Shown here piece by piece: positions 24,401-39,400 of a stretch of 64,000 bases of DNA. The position numbers and the translations under genes are program-made. The notes under the pieces were generated by a model. It saw only the letters and a program-made list of their open reading frames with translations, made no database searches and was not told where the DNA came from. The stretch is from Antedon mediterranea (taxonomy: Eukaryota; Animalia; Echinodermata), in NCBI RefSeq assembly GCF_964355755.1, contig NC_092676.1, positions 6,177,888 to 6,241,887 of the forward strand, written 5' to 3'. Position 1 is the stretch's first letter. Each line of letters opens with the position of its first letter.

Positions 24401-27400
24401 TATACCATACATTCTAACATAAAAAGTGATGTGCTTAAAAATAAATGATCTAAAATTGTTCACGTGATCAAACAATAATGATTTTTATTTTAAAATTTGA
24501 ACATTTTATAGACTCTAAGTTAAGCTACATCATCAAATTAAGTGTTCTAAAATATTGTACCTAAACGTCTATATTTTGTGTTTTTAATGCCATTCCTCTA
24601 TAGATATATATTTCTTTCTAAAACAAAAATTCTTATTTTGCCATTCTTTTAATGTAATAAAAATTAAACTATATTTAACCTTTTAAAGCTTTGTCTACAC
24701 TATGAAACTAGTTTGACAAGAATAGTGTGATGTGGCCAAATATGGTAGTGATATGCCCAAATATAGTAGTAATATGACATCATGTCCATATATGGGCACA
24801 TCACATTTTGTTGTCACATAAAGTTTGATAGTGAGACAGAGCTTTTATGTTTTTTAACCTGCATTTCAGGTGGAGTCGTCTCAAAGTATGATCCGTATTA
24901 TTGGTCTGTCAGCCACACTACCTAACTACCTTGATGTGGCTAGGTTCTTGAATGTCAATCCATACGCCGGACTATTTTATTTCGATGGAAGGTTCCGGCC
25001 TGTGCCATTAGGTACTACGTACATCGGTATCAAAACTAACAATATAATGCAGCAGAGGCAGGATATGGATAACGTCTGCTACGAGAAAGTGTATGATGTC
25101 GTAAAATCAGGTCAGCAGGTAAGACCTCATTTCATTTCATATTGTTTATATATCCATCAACATCTATGGCAGTCTAATTCCCAGAAACATTGTAGAGTTG
25201 CTTGTATATATGTATCATTGGCTGATAAATTTATTTTGTTTTCGATTAATCAATAGAAGTTGTGCTGTATATGTTTTCATTATTAGTAAAATGTAACAAT
25301 GTTTGTACAACTAATAAGCATAGGTTTGATGATGTGTTGGTCCTCTTCATGGGCACCTAAATAGCTTCAGGCATCATCATCAAAGAAACACTTTAAAAGT
25401 TCAATAATACATATTACAAACTACCAGACTGGTTCCCAAATTCCAAGTAGCATTATTTGTTACAGATGCCAGTTATGCCTCTAAAAATAAAATGACCGTT
25501 TCCTTTCATTGTGTATTATAACTAACATGTTGTTGTTATCTATTACAATTTCTTATTACCAGGTTATGGTGTTCGTTCATGCTCGTAACGCCACTGTACA
25601 TACAGCAATGAATCTAGTGGATATAGCTAAAAACCAAGGGCAGGCTGAGATGTTCCATGCTAAGCCATCACCACAGTATGGAAGTGCTCAAAAACAGGTA
25701 GGCCTAGAAGAAAGTTTTATATAAAAATAAGAAATGACAAAATTGTTCCATTGAAAACATTTTTAAGGGATGATCTAGTAATCAAATTTCTTCATCCATA
25801 GCAACATCGCAAACAAATGCTTGTTTATTTAATAAATAATAATTCTCAATTCAAATCTCAATTATACATTTGTTAAGGTTTCCCGATCAAGAAATAAACA
25901 GTTACGAGAGTTGTTCAATGATGGCTTCTCCATCCATCATGCGGGAATGCTTCGGCAAGACAGAACGATGGTTGAAAGGCTTTTTGCTGAAGGTCACATC
26001 AAGGTGTTATGCTGTACTGCTACTCTTGCTTGGGGCGTCAACTTACCAGCACATGCTGTCATAATAAAGGTAGACTATTAAAAAAATAAATTTGTATAGC
26101 AATGTAGATCAATGTAGTACAACAGCAGGAAAGTCAACTGAAACTAAGTATCTGTCAATGACGGCCATGTGTCTTGAGAAGAAGACGGCTACAAGAACAG
26201 TATTGAACAGTATGAATCCAAGAAAACAGTTAATATGACTAAAATAATTTAAGCTTATTAAAAAGAACACAGACTTATGGAATTTAAGGGTATGATAGTT
26301 AGCAAGGAGCTACACATTGCCCTGTGGTGGTAGGAAGTTTCACCATGCCTTACCATAATTGTGAAATCAAACATACTGTATTTAAAAGTCTTAAACAAGT
26401 GTTGTGCGATATTACATTTTTATCGATTGTGTCTGTTGTGTAGAGTTTGAAATTAGTATCATGGTTTAATGTTCTTTTGATTCCAGGGTACACAAATATA
26501 TGATGCACAGAAGGGTGCTTTTAAAGACCTGGGAATTCTGGATGTCCTGCAGATCTTTGGTCGTGCAGGGCGCCCTCAATACGATACTCATGGCGAAGGA
26601 ACAATCATCACAACTCATGATAAGCTGAACCACTATTTATCGTTAATGACAAGGCAGAACCCAATTGAGAGTCAGTTTATTGAGAACTTAGCAGACAATC
26701 TCAATGCAGAGGTTAGGTTTTAGTATTTTTTAATTTCTTTATGAGATGCTCTTCTTGAAAACAAAGTAGAATATAAATATGGTTGTTCACAGGTTGCCCA
26801 TACAAACAGTGAATAATATGATATATTAAACGACTATTACAGGGCCCCTCGTCAGAATATGCTGTTAAGGGTTACCCTCTTTGAATAATATTTAATAAAA
26901 AAAATATAAAAAGAGGGTAGATCTAGTAAACTATAAATTGAAATCAACCCAGTGTTAAGCTCTGTCTACACTATCAAAATAGTTTGACAAAATGATGTTC
27001 CCAAATATGGTAGTGATATGATATGTCCATATATGGTCATATCACAAAGTTTGGTAGTGTAGACATGTTTTAGTTAAACAAAATAAACAAATTTGTTTGT
27101 TTACAGGTTGCCTTAGGAACAGTAACCAATGTAGAAGAAGCAGTGCAGTGGTTAAGTTATACATATCTATTTGTGAGAATGTACTTAAACCCATTGGCAT
27201 ATGGACTTAATCACAAAATGATGCAGGTAGGGCAGATAAATATTTATACTTATCAAATGGAAACACTCTCCTAATGAAAAAATGCTTTAGTAAGGGTACA
27301 TAGTCCTTAAATATATAATTTGTCTTTTTGCATAACATTTTCCCCTGCAAAAATTGCACTAAAGAAAAGTAAGACCAAGTGAAACCAACCAACCAACATG

Positions 27401-30400
27401 AATCACAAAAGTTAGAAAGGAAATGAACATTATATAGACACAGCACAAACCTGACCATGATAGTGTAAAATGGCATAGAATAGCGTGTAAAGCATCATTT
27501 CACAAGACGAGAGGGCAGCTGATGATGATAACATTTTCATTTTCTTCGTCATATTAATAGAATGATCCAGGGCTTGAGAACCATCGTAAAGACCTGATAT
27601 GCGTGGCTGCCAAACAGCTTGACAAAGCACACATGATACGCTTTGATGAACGCACCGGTTACTTAAACTCAACAGACTTGGGACGAACTTCTAGCCATTT
27701 CTATATTAAGTATGCAACCATTGAAAAATTTAATGAAGTACTGAAACCACTCATGACTGAAGCTGATGTGTTTAATATGGTGTCACAGGCGCAGGAATTT
27801 GAACAAATTAAGGTAGATGAATTCTTTTTATTTAGGAGTGTTGTTAACTTTTTCATCATAGTCTTATTTCCACCAAGCTGTCTTGCATAAGAAAATTGAA
27901 CAATTTTGATGTTAAGATAATTAAAGATGTATTGTACCCCAAAAACATGAACAATAAAATCAGACTTTAAATAGGCTATTTTGCAGTTTGAATCAGTTAT
28001 TCACTTCTGTAAACAAAAACAATATTATTTCAATTATAATACAAAAGAAACGGTTAATTTTAATTAAAAACCATTTAAATATTTTTTGCTTTAAATTACA
28101 TTTCTTTTCAGGTAAATAATTTTTTTTTATCCAGTTTTTGGTTAAATTGAATAACTATTACGTGACATTAAAATGCCATGTTCAACAAAAAATTTGAAAA
28201 CAAATATATTTTACGAGTAAAATTTCACTAAGCTGTTGTGCAAAGCTGCATCAGAAAATTTAACTTTTATATAAGATTTTTTACTAAAATTAATACAATA
28301 TATTTTCGTTAGGTACGGGATGATGAACTGAAGGAGCTAGATCGACATGCCCATGATAGTTGTGTGATGCCAGCAGCAGGTGGTGTGGAGAATGCACACG
28401 GAAAAGTGAACATTCTACTCCAGGCGTTCGTTTCCAGGCAATTCCTTGATAGCTTCTCACTTGTCTCAGATTCAGCTTATGTGGCACAGGTAACAGGCTT
28501 AGATCAGGCATTACTGAGCATATATATTCAGCTACAGTATAACTTTTAAGCCTTGTCTACACTATCAAACTTTGTGACAAAAATATTTATATATGGACAT
28601 GATGATGTCATATTACGACCATATTTAGGCACATCACTTTTTTTGTCAAACTAATTTGATAGTGTAGATAGAGCTTTAGTTAATTAAATTGTTTCCAGTA
28701 AATCCCTTTTCAGACACCCTTCCAAAGGTACTCTGTAAAATGTTAATAACATACAATTTTTCTATAGAATGCTGCAAGAATAGTAAGAGCACTTTTTGAA
28801 GTGTGCCTACGCCGTGGTTGGCCGTTGATGGCATACCGTTTGCTAATCTTATCTAAAACTGTTGACAAGCGTCTTTGGCCGTGGGAAAACCCTCTTAGGC
28901 AATTTCCTATTCTCTCTGCCGACATCCTTAGAAAACTAGAAGACAAGAATTTGACGATAGACCGAATCAAAGATATGCAACCAAATGAAGTTGGTAAGCG
29001 GGAAATCATTTTTTTATTTTGAATGGGCTATTTTATTTTTACCAAGCATTGTGCTTGTATTTATTTTTATTTATTACTTTTTATTTTTTCTTACAATTTT
29101 TACATATTATTTTTGTATGTAACTTCTTAATAATTTATTTTTATTAATATTAATAAATACTAATTTAATCAATCTGGAATAGATTAGTAATTGGTAATTC
29201 CATTTTTACTAGCATTGTGCTTGTATTTCTTTTTATTTATTATTATATTTTTATTTCTTCATATATTTTTCACATAATATCATTCATGTATGTAATTTCC
29301 TAATAATTTATACTTGTTAATAATTTAATAAATCTAGAATTGATTTATTTTATATAGTAATTGGCTATTCCATTTTTACTAAGCATTGTCAAATTTCCCC
29401 CCTTTCTCTGACTGACTGACTCTGACAATATTTATACTTTTTATTATTGATTTTTTTACATAGACCATTCGTGTATGTAATAATTTCCTTAATTACTTAT
29501 ACTTGTTAATGTAACACCATTTTATCTTCCACAGGCCACATGGTTCACCATGTACGAATGGGAAAGATCATTAAGCAATGTGTTCAGCAGATTCCGTCCA
29601 TTGACATTGATGCATCCATTCAACCAATCACAAGATCCGTTCTACGGGTTCAGCTCAAGATCCGTGCGGAATTTCAATGGAATGATAAGGTCCATGGTAC
29701 CGGATCGGAACCCTGGTGGATCTGGGTTGAAGACCCCGAGAACAACCATATCTATCATTCTGAATATTTTCTATTACTTAAGAAACATGTAAGGAAATTT
29801 ATTAAGTGTTAAGCTCTGTCTACACTATCAAACTAGTTTGACAAAAAAAGTGTGATGTGCCAAAATATGGTAGTGATATGCTTAAATATGGTAGTGATAT
29901 GCTTAAATATGGTAGTGATATGCCAAAATATGGTAGTGATATGCTTAAATATGGTAGTGATATGCTTAAATATGGTAGTGATATGCTTAAATATGGTAGT
30001 GATATGCTTAAATATGGTAGTGATATGCTTAAATATGGTAGTGATATGCTTAAATATGGTAGTGATATGCTTAAATATGGTAGTGATATGCTTAAATATG
30101 GTAGTGATATGCTTAAATATGGTAGTGATATGCTTAAATATGGTAGTGATATGCTTAAATATGGTAGTGTCCATATGGGCACATCACATTTTTTTGTCAC
30201 ATGAAGTTTGATGTGATTATAGTGTTTACGTTATTTATGTAAATAGCCTACTTGGTCTGCGAGTTGCTTTATTTGCATATTGGTCTTACTATAGTGATCT
30301 TCTGCGGCAACCCACCTCCCTATTAATGGGACACCCCTAAAGTGTCTCCTTTGTGGTATTATGTTTGGAACTTTCCAGTGAAACAAACAATATATCATGT

Positions 30401-33400
30401 TTTACAATTGTGGCCAACAACTCATGCGGAGGAACTTTGTGTGGTCCGTATGGATTCTAATTTATTTTAAATTATTTAGAAATTAATATATATATAATAA
30501 AATATTGAATAGTATCATATAAATAAATAATAATTATTTGTTGATAGGTTGCAAGTGAGGAAGCACAGTCATTAGTATTCACAATCCCAATATTTGAGCC
30601 TCTACCAACCCAGTACTATGTAAAGGCTGTGTCAGACAGATGGATTGGAGTGGAGACTGTCTGTCCTATATCATTCCAACATTTGATTCTACCAGAGAAA
30701 CATCCTCCTCACACAGGTAACACTACAACAATAAGTTTATTCTATGAATGATTCTAATCATTGTAGTGGAGTTTAGCTTGGTAGTTAACATGCTTGCTTT
30801 CCAATCTCAAGGTTGAATCCTGACCTAGGTCCAGAGTTCAATCCTGACTTAGTGCCAGTGTTGTATCTCACGACTCTTTCAACTCCACTCCCTAAGCCTC
30901 AAATGAGACTTAGTTTATGAGATAATTTATCCATTCTGTAATTGGCTAGTTTTTAAATAAAAAAGTTTTATATGTGGTATAGTGGGAATACTACACCTGT
31001 ATCATTTGTCACTTTTGAAGATGGGCTTACACCTAATATCTGAATCAGTACATTAACCTTACCTTTTATTAGGAAATTTCATATTTTATTTTCTACAAAA
31101 ATACATACGCTTTACAATAAACATTTGTCTAAATGTATTCTTATTTTGTATTTATTTTTACAGATTTATTGGATCTGAATCCATTACCAATTACTGCATT
31201 GAGAAACCCAATGTATGAGGCATTATACCCATATACGCATTTTAACCCAGTACAGGTATATCAATTTTTAAACATTGAGACATTCTAAACTTTATTTTAT
31301 TTCCTTTTTTTAAAACAATGGGAACAATGATAAAACTTTACTAGTTTTATTTGCCATGAAAATCGGTATATGATATTTGGGTTTCTTCTCTTCAGACTCA
31401 AATATTTCATCCAGTGTACCACACAGATCATAATATTCTGCTAGGTGCTCCTACTGGGTCTGGCAAGACAGTCGCTGCAGAGATTGCTATGTTTAGGGTC
31501 TTCAATGAGTACCCAGACACTAAGGTAAATTTGTCATCTTATGTTCTATTTAATGTACAATTTATTTCCATTGTTCACAATAGGCAAACATATCTTAACA
31601 TTAATAGAATTAAATTACTGCCTAACATTTTTTAATGATTATTACTTTATTTGTAATTTCTAAAGGTTGTTTATATTGCACCGCTCAAAGCATTGGTAAG
31701 AGAAAGGATGGCAGACTGGAAAATAAGGCTGGAGAAAAAGCTTGGCAAACGGTAATATGATACACAATACAATACATACAATATGTACCACCTATCTGAT
31801 AGGACAGTAATTGATTTACTATTGGTAATCCTAAAGGCCAATTTATACAGATGATTGGTAATAAAAATATAGAATCTATGTTATTCCTTATGTTATGAAG
31901 GGCGTGTGGCGCAGTGTGTTGGACGTTGGACTACCGATCGTCAGACCTAGGTTCGAATCCAACTCTCGCCGCATTGCTTGTATCCGTAGGCAAGATACTT
32001 TACTTACGTTGCCTCTCTCCACCCAGGTGTATAAATGGGTACCCAGTTAGATCTAGACAAAACTTTGCGCTGGTTACCGGCTGCATTATGGGAGTATGTT
32101 TCCATACGTGTTTGATCCCAAAAAAATACTGGGGTAATAATGCTTGTAAAGCGCCTTTGAGCATGATTACTCATGAAAAGGGCGCTATATAAATGTGGTA
32201 TTATTATATTATTATTATTATGACCAATTAATTACACACATGCGGAGCGGACTTGCGTTTTCCGCTTAAAATAGATACAGATTCTATGTGGGACAAGCTA
32301 TGCAGTTTTTCCGCTTACCGTTACCTCTCGTCTGTGTAAATCGGCCTTTAGCCATATGTCACATAAAATAAATAAGTAATATACAACCTCTTTTTATCAT
32401 GTACTGTACATCTGTATTGGCTAAGGAATTTTCCGATTAGTTTATTGTGTTGTTCATGTTAAAATAATCTCCAAAGTAATGTGGTGTGTACATCTCTTTT
32501 CTCTGACAGTGTTGTGGAGTTGACTGGTGATGTGACACCAGATATCAAAGCCATCGGCAAGTCAGACGTGATAGTTACCACGCCTGAGAAATGGGACGGC
32601 ATCAGTCGTAGTTGGCAGAATCGCAACTATGTAAAAGCAGTGTCGGTCATCATTATTGATGAGATCCATCTACTAGGTTTGTTTAATTTTAGTGTTTATA
32701 GTGTAATTGTGGAATCTAAAGAAATATTTGTTGGCTTTTGATTGGTTGCTTGTTTTAAAGATGTATTGTTCCCCTGAAAAAATTTTTTTTTTAAATTTTT
32801 TTGTTGAATATGCCATTTTATGTCACATAATAGCTATTCACTGTGACCAAAAACTGGATCGAAAAAAGAAAAAAAATTTAAAGCAAAAAATACTAAATTG
32901 TCTGTAAGAGTTTCTTTAGTTTGTTTTGGTTTTTTTTACAGAAGTGAAGAACTTTATTCAAACTGCAAAATAGCCTTTTTAAAGTCTGATTTTATTAATC
33001 TTAATTTTTTTTTTGGTGGACAATACATCTTTAATAATAGTTGAATGAGATATAATTGTTGGTTTTTGATTGGTTGCTTGTTTTGAATTAGACTACAGTA
33101 TTCAGAGTACAGTATCTAGTTGTTTTTTTTTAGGAAAGTTATGAGGAAAATATGCAAACATCCTCTCAAACTATCCATTTTTTAGAGTGTTCAGTTTTGA
33201 GAGAATTAAACATCCCCATTTCTTTAATTTATTGTAGGTGATAGCCGAGGTCCAGTTCTCGAGGTCATTGTGTCTCGAACCAACTTTATCTCATCTCATA
33301 TGGAAAGGAAGGTCCGCATTGTTGGCCTATCGACGGCACTTGCAAATGCAAAAGACCTTGCTGATTGGCTTGGTATATCTCAAGTAAGTCCCATGATATT

Positions 33401-36400
33401 GTTTGCCTTGTCTTATTATTAGAGGATAGCTATTGTATGATGCAACACCACCAATGTGATATGAGCATGTCTGTAAAGCATTTAGTTGTGATAGCTTCTC
33501 ATCACTTCTTGCTGCTGATGCATCTTTATTCATTATTATATCATTTTTACCATAATATCTTTTATTTTGCATTTGTTCAAATTTATAGGTAGGGTTATTT
33601 AATTTCCGACCATCCGTTCGTCCAGTCCCGTTGGAAGTACACATTGATGGGTTTCCAGGAAAGCATTATTGCCCTCGCATGGCCACTATGAACAAACCAA
33701 CATTTAAAGGTAATTGACATCCCTAAAATGATCATGACTTCTAGAATGTTGTTGACTTTTTAGTAATTCACTGTTTTTAATTTTTGTAAATTTAAAATTC
33801 TTATTTTTAACGAAAAGTTGATTGTTTCATATTCTTGTTTCATTGCAGCAATCAAAACTCACTCTCCCAGCAAGCCAACATTGATATTTGTGTCGTCAAG
33901 ACGACAAACGCGATTAACTGCATTGGACCAAATTGCCTTCCTAGCAACAGATAACAACCCAAAACAATGGCTACATATGCCTGAGAATGAGGTAAAATAC
34001 AGTATATACACTTGTAGTTTAGGTTTAGGGTTTTGAAGCAGTCCCCAGAGAAAAAATAGGCATTATAATATGTCCAAAAAGGCTAAAAACACCCAAGGCC
34101 TCCATCGTTAGAGGGCCACTTAGGGTTCCTGAACCAGGGGCCTCAGGCATCTGCTTTATGCCACTGATTTGAACGAAGGTCTTTTTTTATAAATTGGTTT
34201 ATTCATTTACTTATTATTTAGATGGAGTCAATTATTTCTGGAATCAAAGATCATAACTTGAAACTGACATTAGCCTTTGGCATTGGTATGCACCATGCTG
34301 GTCTACATGACAGAGATAGAAAGACTGTTGAAGAATTGTTTGTTAATATGAAAATACAGGTATGTAAATGCTTTACTCTTTACCCTGTTCTGTTGATTGA
34401 TTGATAGATATTGATTTAAATTGATTGATTAATATTGATACTTGTAATACAGAATGATCTTGTATTTACAGGTCTTTGGACTGTATTATATGAATTTATT
34501 AAGAGAAATAAATGGATTAATATTGATATTAATTATTGGTATCGATTGATTTATATTGATTGATTGTTTGATATTTATTGATTGATATTGATACTTATGT
34601 AAGAGAAGGAAACCAATAATGTTTGAACTTGTCTGTATTTTATGTTTTCTTTAGAGAAATACAAGGATTAATATTGATATTTATTATTGGTATTAATTGA
34701 TTGATATTGATTGTTTGATATTTATTGATTGATATTGATACTTCTGTAAGAGAAAGAAATCAATAATGTTTGAACTTGTCTTGTTTTCTTTAGAGAAAGA
34801 CAAGGATTAATATCGATATTTATTATTTTTATTAATTGATTGATATTGATTCTTTGATATTTATTGATTGATATTTATACTTGTATTACAGTTAGAAGAA
34901 GGAAACCAAGAATCATTGCACTACATTTTTATTAATTCTTTTTTCATTTTATGTTACATCAAAGGTGCTGATAGCAACAAGCACACTGGCGTGGGGTGTT
35001 AATTTCCCAGCTCACCTGGTGGTTGTCAAGGGAACGGAGTTCTTTGATGGAAAGACAAAACGTTATGTGGACTTTCCTATCACAGGTAGGTTTTATTTTT
35101 TACAGATTTTATATTATTATTTTATATAGATTAATAATGTTTTTGTTTTTTATGTTATATTTAATATGCACTATGCCTTGGAATTTAAATTATTTCAAAT
35201 TGAATAAAAAAAAATTTACTTCTTCTTTTGTCTGTTGAGGTAACTATATACTGTATAATAGTAATTTGCTCTGTCTACACTATCAAACTTTATGTGATGG
35301 ACATGATGATATCATATCATTACCATATTTGAGAATATCACTACCATATTTGGGCACATCACATTTTTTTTTTGGTAAAATTAGTTTGACAGAGCTATAA
35401 TCTATGGCATTTTAATTTTTCAGATGTTCTTCAAATGATGGGCCGAGCTGGACGACCGCAGTATGATGATCAAGGCGTGGCTGTCATTCTAGTACATGAC
35501 ATCAAAAAGCACTTTTATAAGAAATTCTTATATGAACCTTTTCCTGTTGAATCTAAGTGAGTGGAACTTTTAACTACAGTATAGGGGGATAGAAAGCTAT
35601 ATGTCTGTGTCTTGTATTCAATTTAATTCAACAGACATTTATTTTATAATTGAAAAGTGGAATAAAGTCCAGCTAAAATGGTCTGGTCTTTGGAATATTT
35701 TAGTTTCAACTTATGTCAAATGTGTTTGAGTATTATAACTAATATCCACTTAAAATTTATTTCTCAATAAAATCATGATAAAATTACTTTTATTTCACCT
35801 TTATATCACTTTTATTTTGCTAATGACAGCCATAGCCAAAATATAGATTACAATAGATGAATGAATTACCTTAGTACACATGTCTTTTTATGAATGTTTT
35901 TTAGTCTATGGTTCTATTAAATAACATTTTATTCTGTATAAATATGTTTTTAAATAAATAAATATAAAAAAAATCCAGTGCATGTATTAACTAGAAAGCC
36001 ACTCCGAGAGGGCATACCTCCGCCTACTGTAAAATTCTCCTACATAAGATTTCTCCGGCTAATTTCATTACAAGCATGTGTATGCGAGTTTGTTGTAATG
36101 GTTATGTAACAAGCCTTTCAATTAACAATAGCTTCAGTTGACTAACAATAGAACAGCAACGCGAAAATCAAACGTGTGAATTTGAAAAGAAATAGGTTTT
36201 TTAAACTACTCGCATCAAAAAACGTGCACATTAAATCAAATTATGTTTTAAAATTACAAATCACAAATTATAACTCTTGCCTCTTGTTCAAAAATGAAGT
36301 TTTTTGGACAAGTAGTTCTCGAGAAAATGCAATTTCAGTTTACTTGTTACTTTAAGACTGCTCGCCGGCTTTTGAAAAATTCTGTCCTATCTTTTAACAC

Positions 36401-39400
36401 TAGCAGGTCTAATAAAGTATACTAAAAAGTGGTCCAGAATTGGGACTGTGGTCCCAAATGGTCCCAAAATTTTATGGAATGGTCCTTGATCACATATCTA
36501 TCTGTCTATTCATTTTGGTAAAGATCTTGTAATTACTTTTTGAGTAATCCTGCTAACAAACAAACAAACAAACACACGCTACCGATTTCATATACCTCCT
36601 TGGCGGAGGTAAAAAATGAAAGAAACATGTCTTTGTTACAATTGTTGTTATCAGTTTGTTGGATGTACTACCAGAGCATTTGAATGCTGAGATTGTTGCA
36701 GGAACCATAACCTCCAAACAGGATGCCATGGACTACATCACATGGACATATTTCTTTAGAAGACTTCTAATGAATCCAAGGTAATAAAGTCAAACATATT
36801 TTAGCGTGTGCTAAATACAATCTTTCCTTCACTTAAAGATGTATTAAAAATGTCCCTTGAAACACAAAAAAATGAAGGTCAAAATACTCTAAATTTAAAG
36901 TGGCCATATCAAAGTAATATTAAAGTTATTCACTTTAAGTCGAAAATTTGAGCCAAAAACAACAAGTTTGCGTGATTAACAGGTAAATTAGTTTGATTAC
37001 ATTTCATCTGGAAAATCGTCACGAGCGAAAGTAAACAAAGATTTCAAACCATGAGTACGCATTATGCATATGCTAAATTAGGATTGTTTACAACTCGTCA
37101 CGGTTAAGAAGGTATTTTCACACAGATCATGAGGAAGTTTTATGATTATGCATACAGAGTAGCCAAACAAGCGCGTTTCATTATGGGATATGTTTTGATT
37201 GAAAACTTTGACTGGAAGTCAAAGTTATTTTTTTAACAAAAAAACGTCTGTTAAATTTTTGTTTTTTAAATATTATGATACTTCAAAATGACCCACCTTT
37301 TTTCAAAATCTTTTATTTTTTATTTTTTTGGAATTAGTCAAAGGGACAATACATCTTTAAGCTCTGTCTACATGAACTATCAAACTGGTTTTGACAAAAA
37401 AGTGTGATATTTCCATATATGGTAGTGATATACTCAAATATGGTAGTAATATGCTCAAATATGGTAGTAATATGACATCAGCATGTCCATTTGGCACATC
37501 ACATTTTTTTTGTCATAACAATAGTACTGACACTTACCATTTCTTTACTTTTTGTTTACAGTTTTTATCAACTGGAGAAAACTGATCATGACAGTATTAA
37601 CAGATTTCTCTCTCACCTTGTTGAGAAATCTCTGATTGATTTGGAGTTGTCATTTTGTGTGCTAGTTGGTGAGGTAACAAAATTACCTTTTTATTTTTTC
37701 TCTTTGTGTCTAATGTTTCAAATTCAAAATTACATTTTAATTTAAATGTATAATGGTATTATAATATTATACAGTAGAATTGAGGGAACAACTTTACCCT
37801 TGTTCGTTTGTGTGCCTTAAATAGGTATGTCCTCCTGAATAGATGTTCCCCTAAATAGGGATGCCCCAAATTATACAGCTCTACAGTATTATAATCTGTC
37901 TCTCTCTACACTATTAAACTTTATGTGACAACAAAAATGAGATGTACCCATATTTGGACATGAAGATGTCATATCACTACCATATTTAATAATAATAATA
38001 ATAATAATAATATTTATTCGGTCATCAATGTAAAAATAACCAGGAATGAGAATAGGCTAAAGCCCAAACAGATTCTGCACTCACTCCATACAATACAATC
38101 AGTTAAAGATAAAACCATATACAAGAAAAATACAAATAAATTATACATAACATGAAATATAGTGTTTTGTTAGAGCAGCCTTAAATATTGAAATTGTTTG
38201 TGAAACTTTTATGTCATTTGGTATTTGCTCCCATAGTCTAGGAAAGGAAACAAATACAGAATTATGAAAAGTATTGCCTTTCGAATTCCAACGTAAAAGC
38301 CTACCCGGACATCTTTCACTAGTTTTAATATACTCATTGAAAGAATGGGGACAGCAACCTTTTAACACCTTAAATCCTAATGAAAGTCTATGTAATTTAA
38401 ACAAGTCATCAATAGATAATAATTCAAGCACTTTCAACCTATGAAAATAAGATGTGTCCCAGGAACCTTCCTTTCTAAACATTATTATCCTTGTTGCTTT
38501 CCTTTGTATACTTTCTATTCTATTAATATATGATTTCTCAAATGGTGCCCACATTGAACAACAGTAGGTAATCACTGGAAGTAATAGAGCTTTGTATAAG
38601 TTCAACATAGCTAACCAGGACATATTTTTACTACATTTTGAAATGAAACCAAGCAATCTGCTTGCTTTACAGTACAACATATATAATTAACTTGTGTATG
38701 ACAAGACAACGAACTATTTACATAAACACCTAGAAATTTGAATTCTGTAACTTTAGGAATATTGTCTGATTCTATGGTATAATCCCAGTTAACTATCTCT
38801 TTACATCTTGTAACATGCATTACGGCGCATTTGACAGGATTTAAGGGAAGTTTGTTTACATTTGCCCATTTTCCAATTAAATCTAAATCCTTTTGAAGCA
38901 ATTTACAATCATTATTGTTATAAATAGGACGTGATAATGTGTGATCATCAGCAAATTGAAAAAGTGAAGAAGAAATATTATTTACAATATCACTTACATA
39001 AATCAAAAATAAAAGAGGGCCCAAAACTGACCCTTGTGGTACCACTGAAGTAACATTTACCCACTCTGACTTTTCTCCTCTGTAAATAACCCTTTGGCGT
39101 CTATTTGAAAGAAAATCTGTAATCCATGCATTAGTGTTTCCACCAATGCCACAGTTATTAAGTTTCTTAATTAATCTTTTATGAGACACCTTATCAAATG
39201 CAGATGAAAAATCAAGAAAAATAATATCAATATTTTTAGTTCTAAGCTCTGTGCCCATGAATGAAAAACCTTTGAAAGTAAAAGTTCAGTACTATACATT
39301 TGTCTAAACCCAAACTGATTTTCTGAAAGGATATTATTATATTCTAGATATTCCCTTAAGCGATAACAAAGCAATTTCTCAATAATCTTACAAATTATGG

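Noticed and set aside
29820-30211. Four overlapping 113-126 aa ORFs
   Set aside because: Translations of a 21-bp minisatellite inside a MITE; they have no splice context or coding signature.
31897-31972. tRNA gene
   Set aside because: It has A and B boxes but continues into a SINE core and LINE-like tail; I saw no convincing cloverleaf or Pol III terminator. The same applies to 20462 and 30763.
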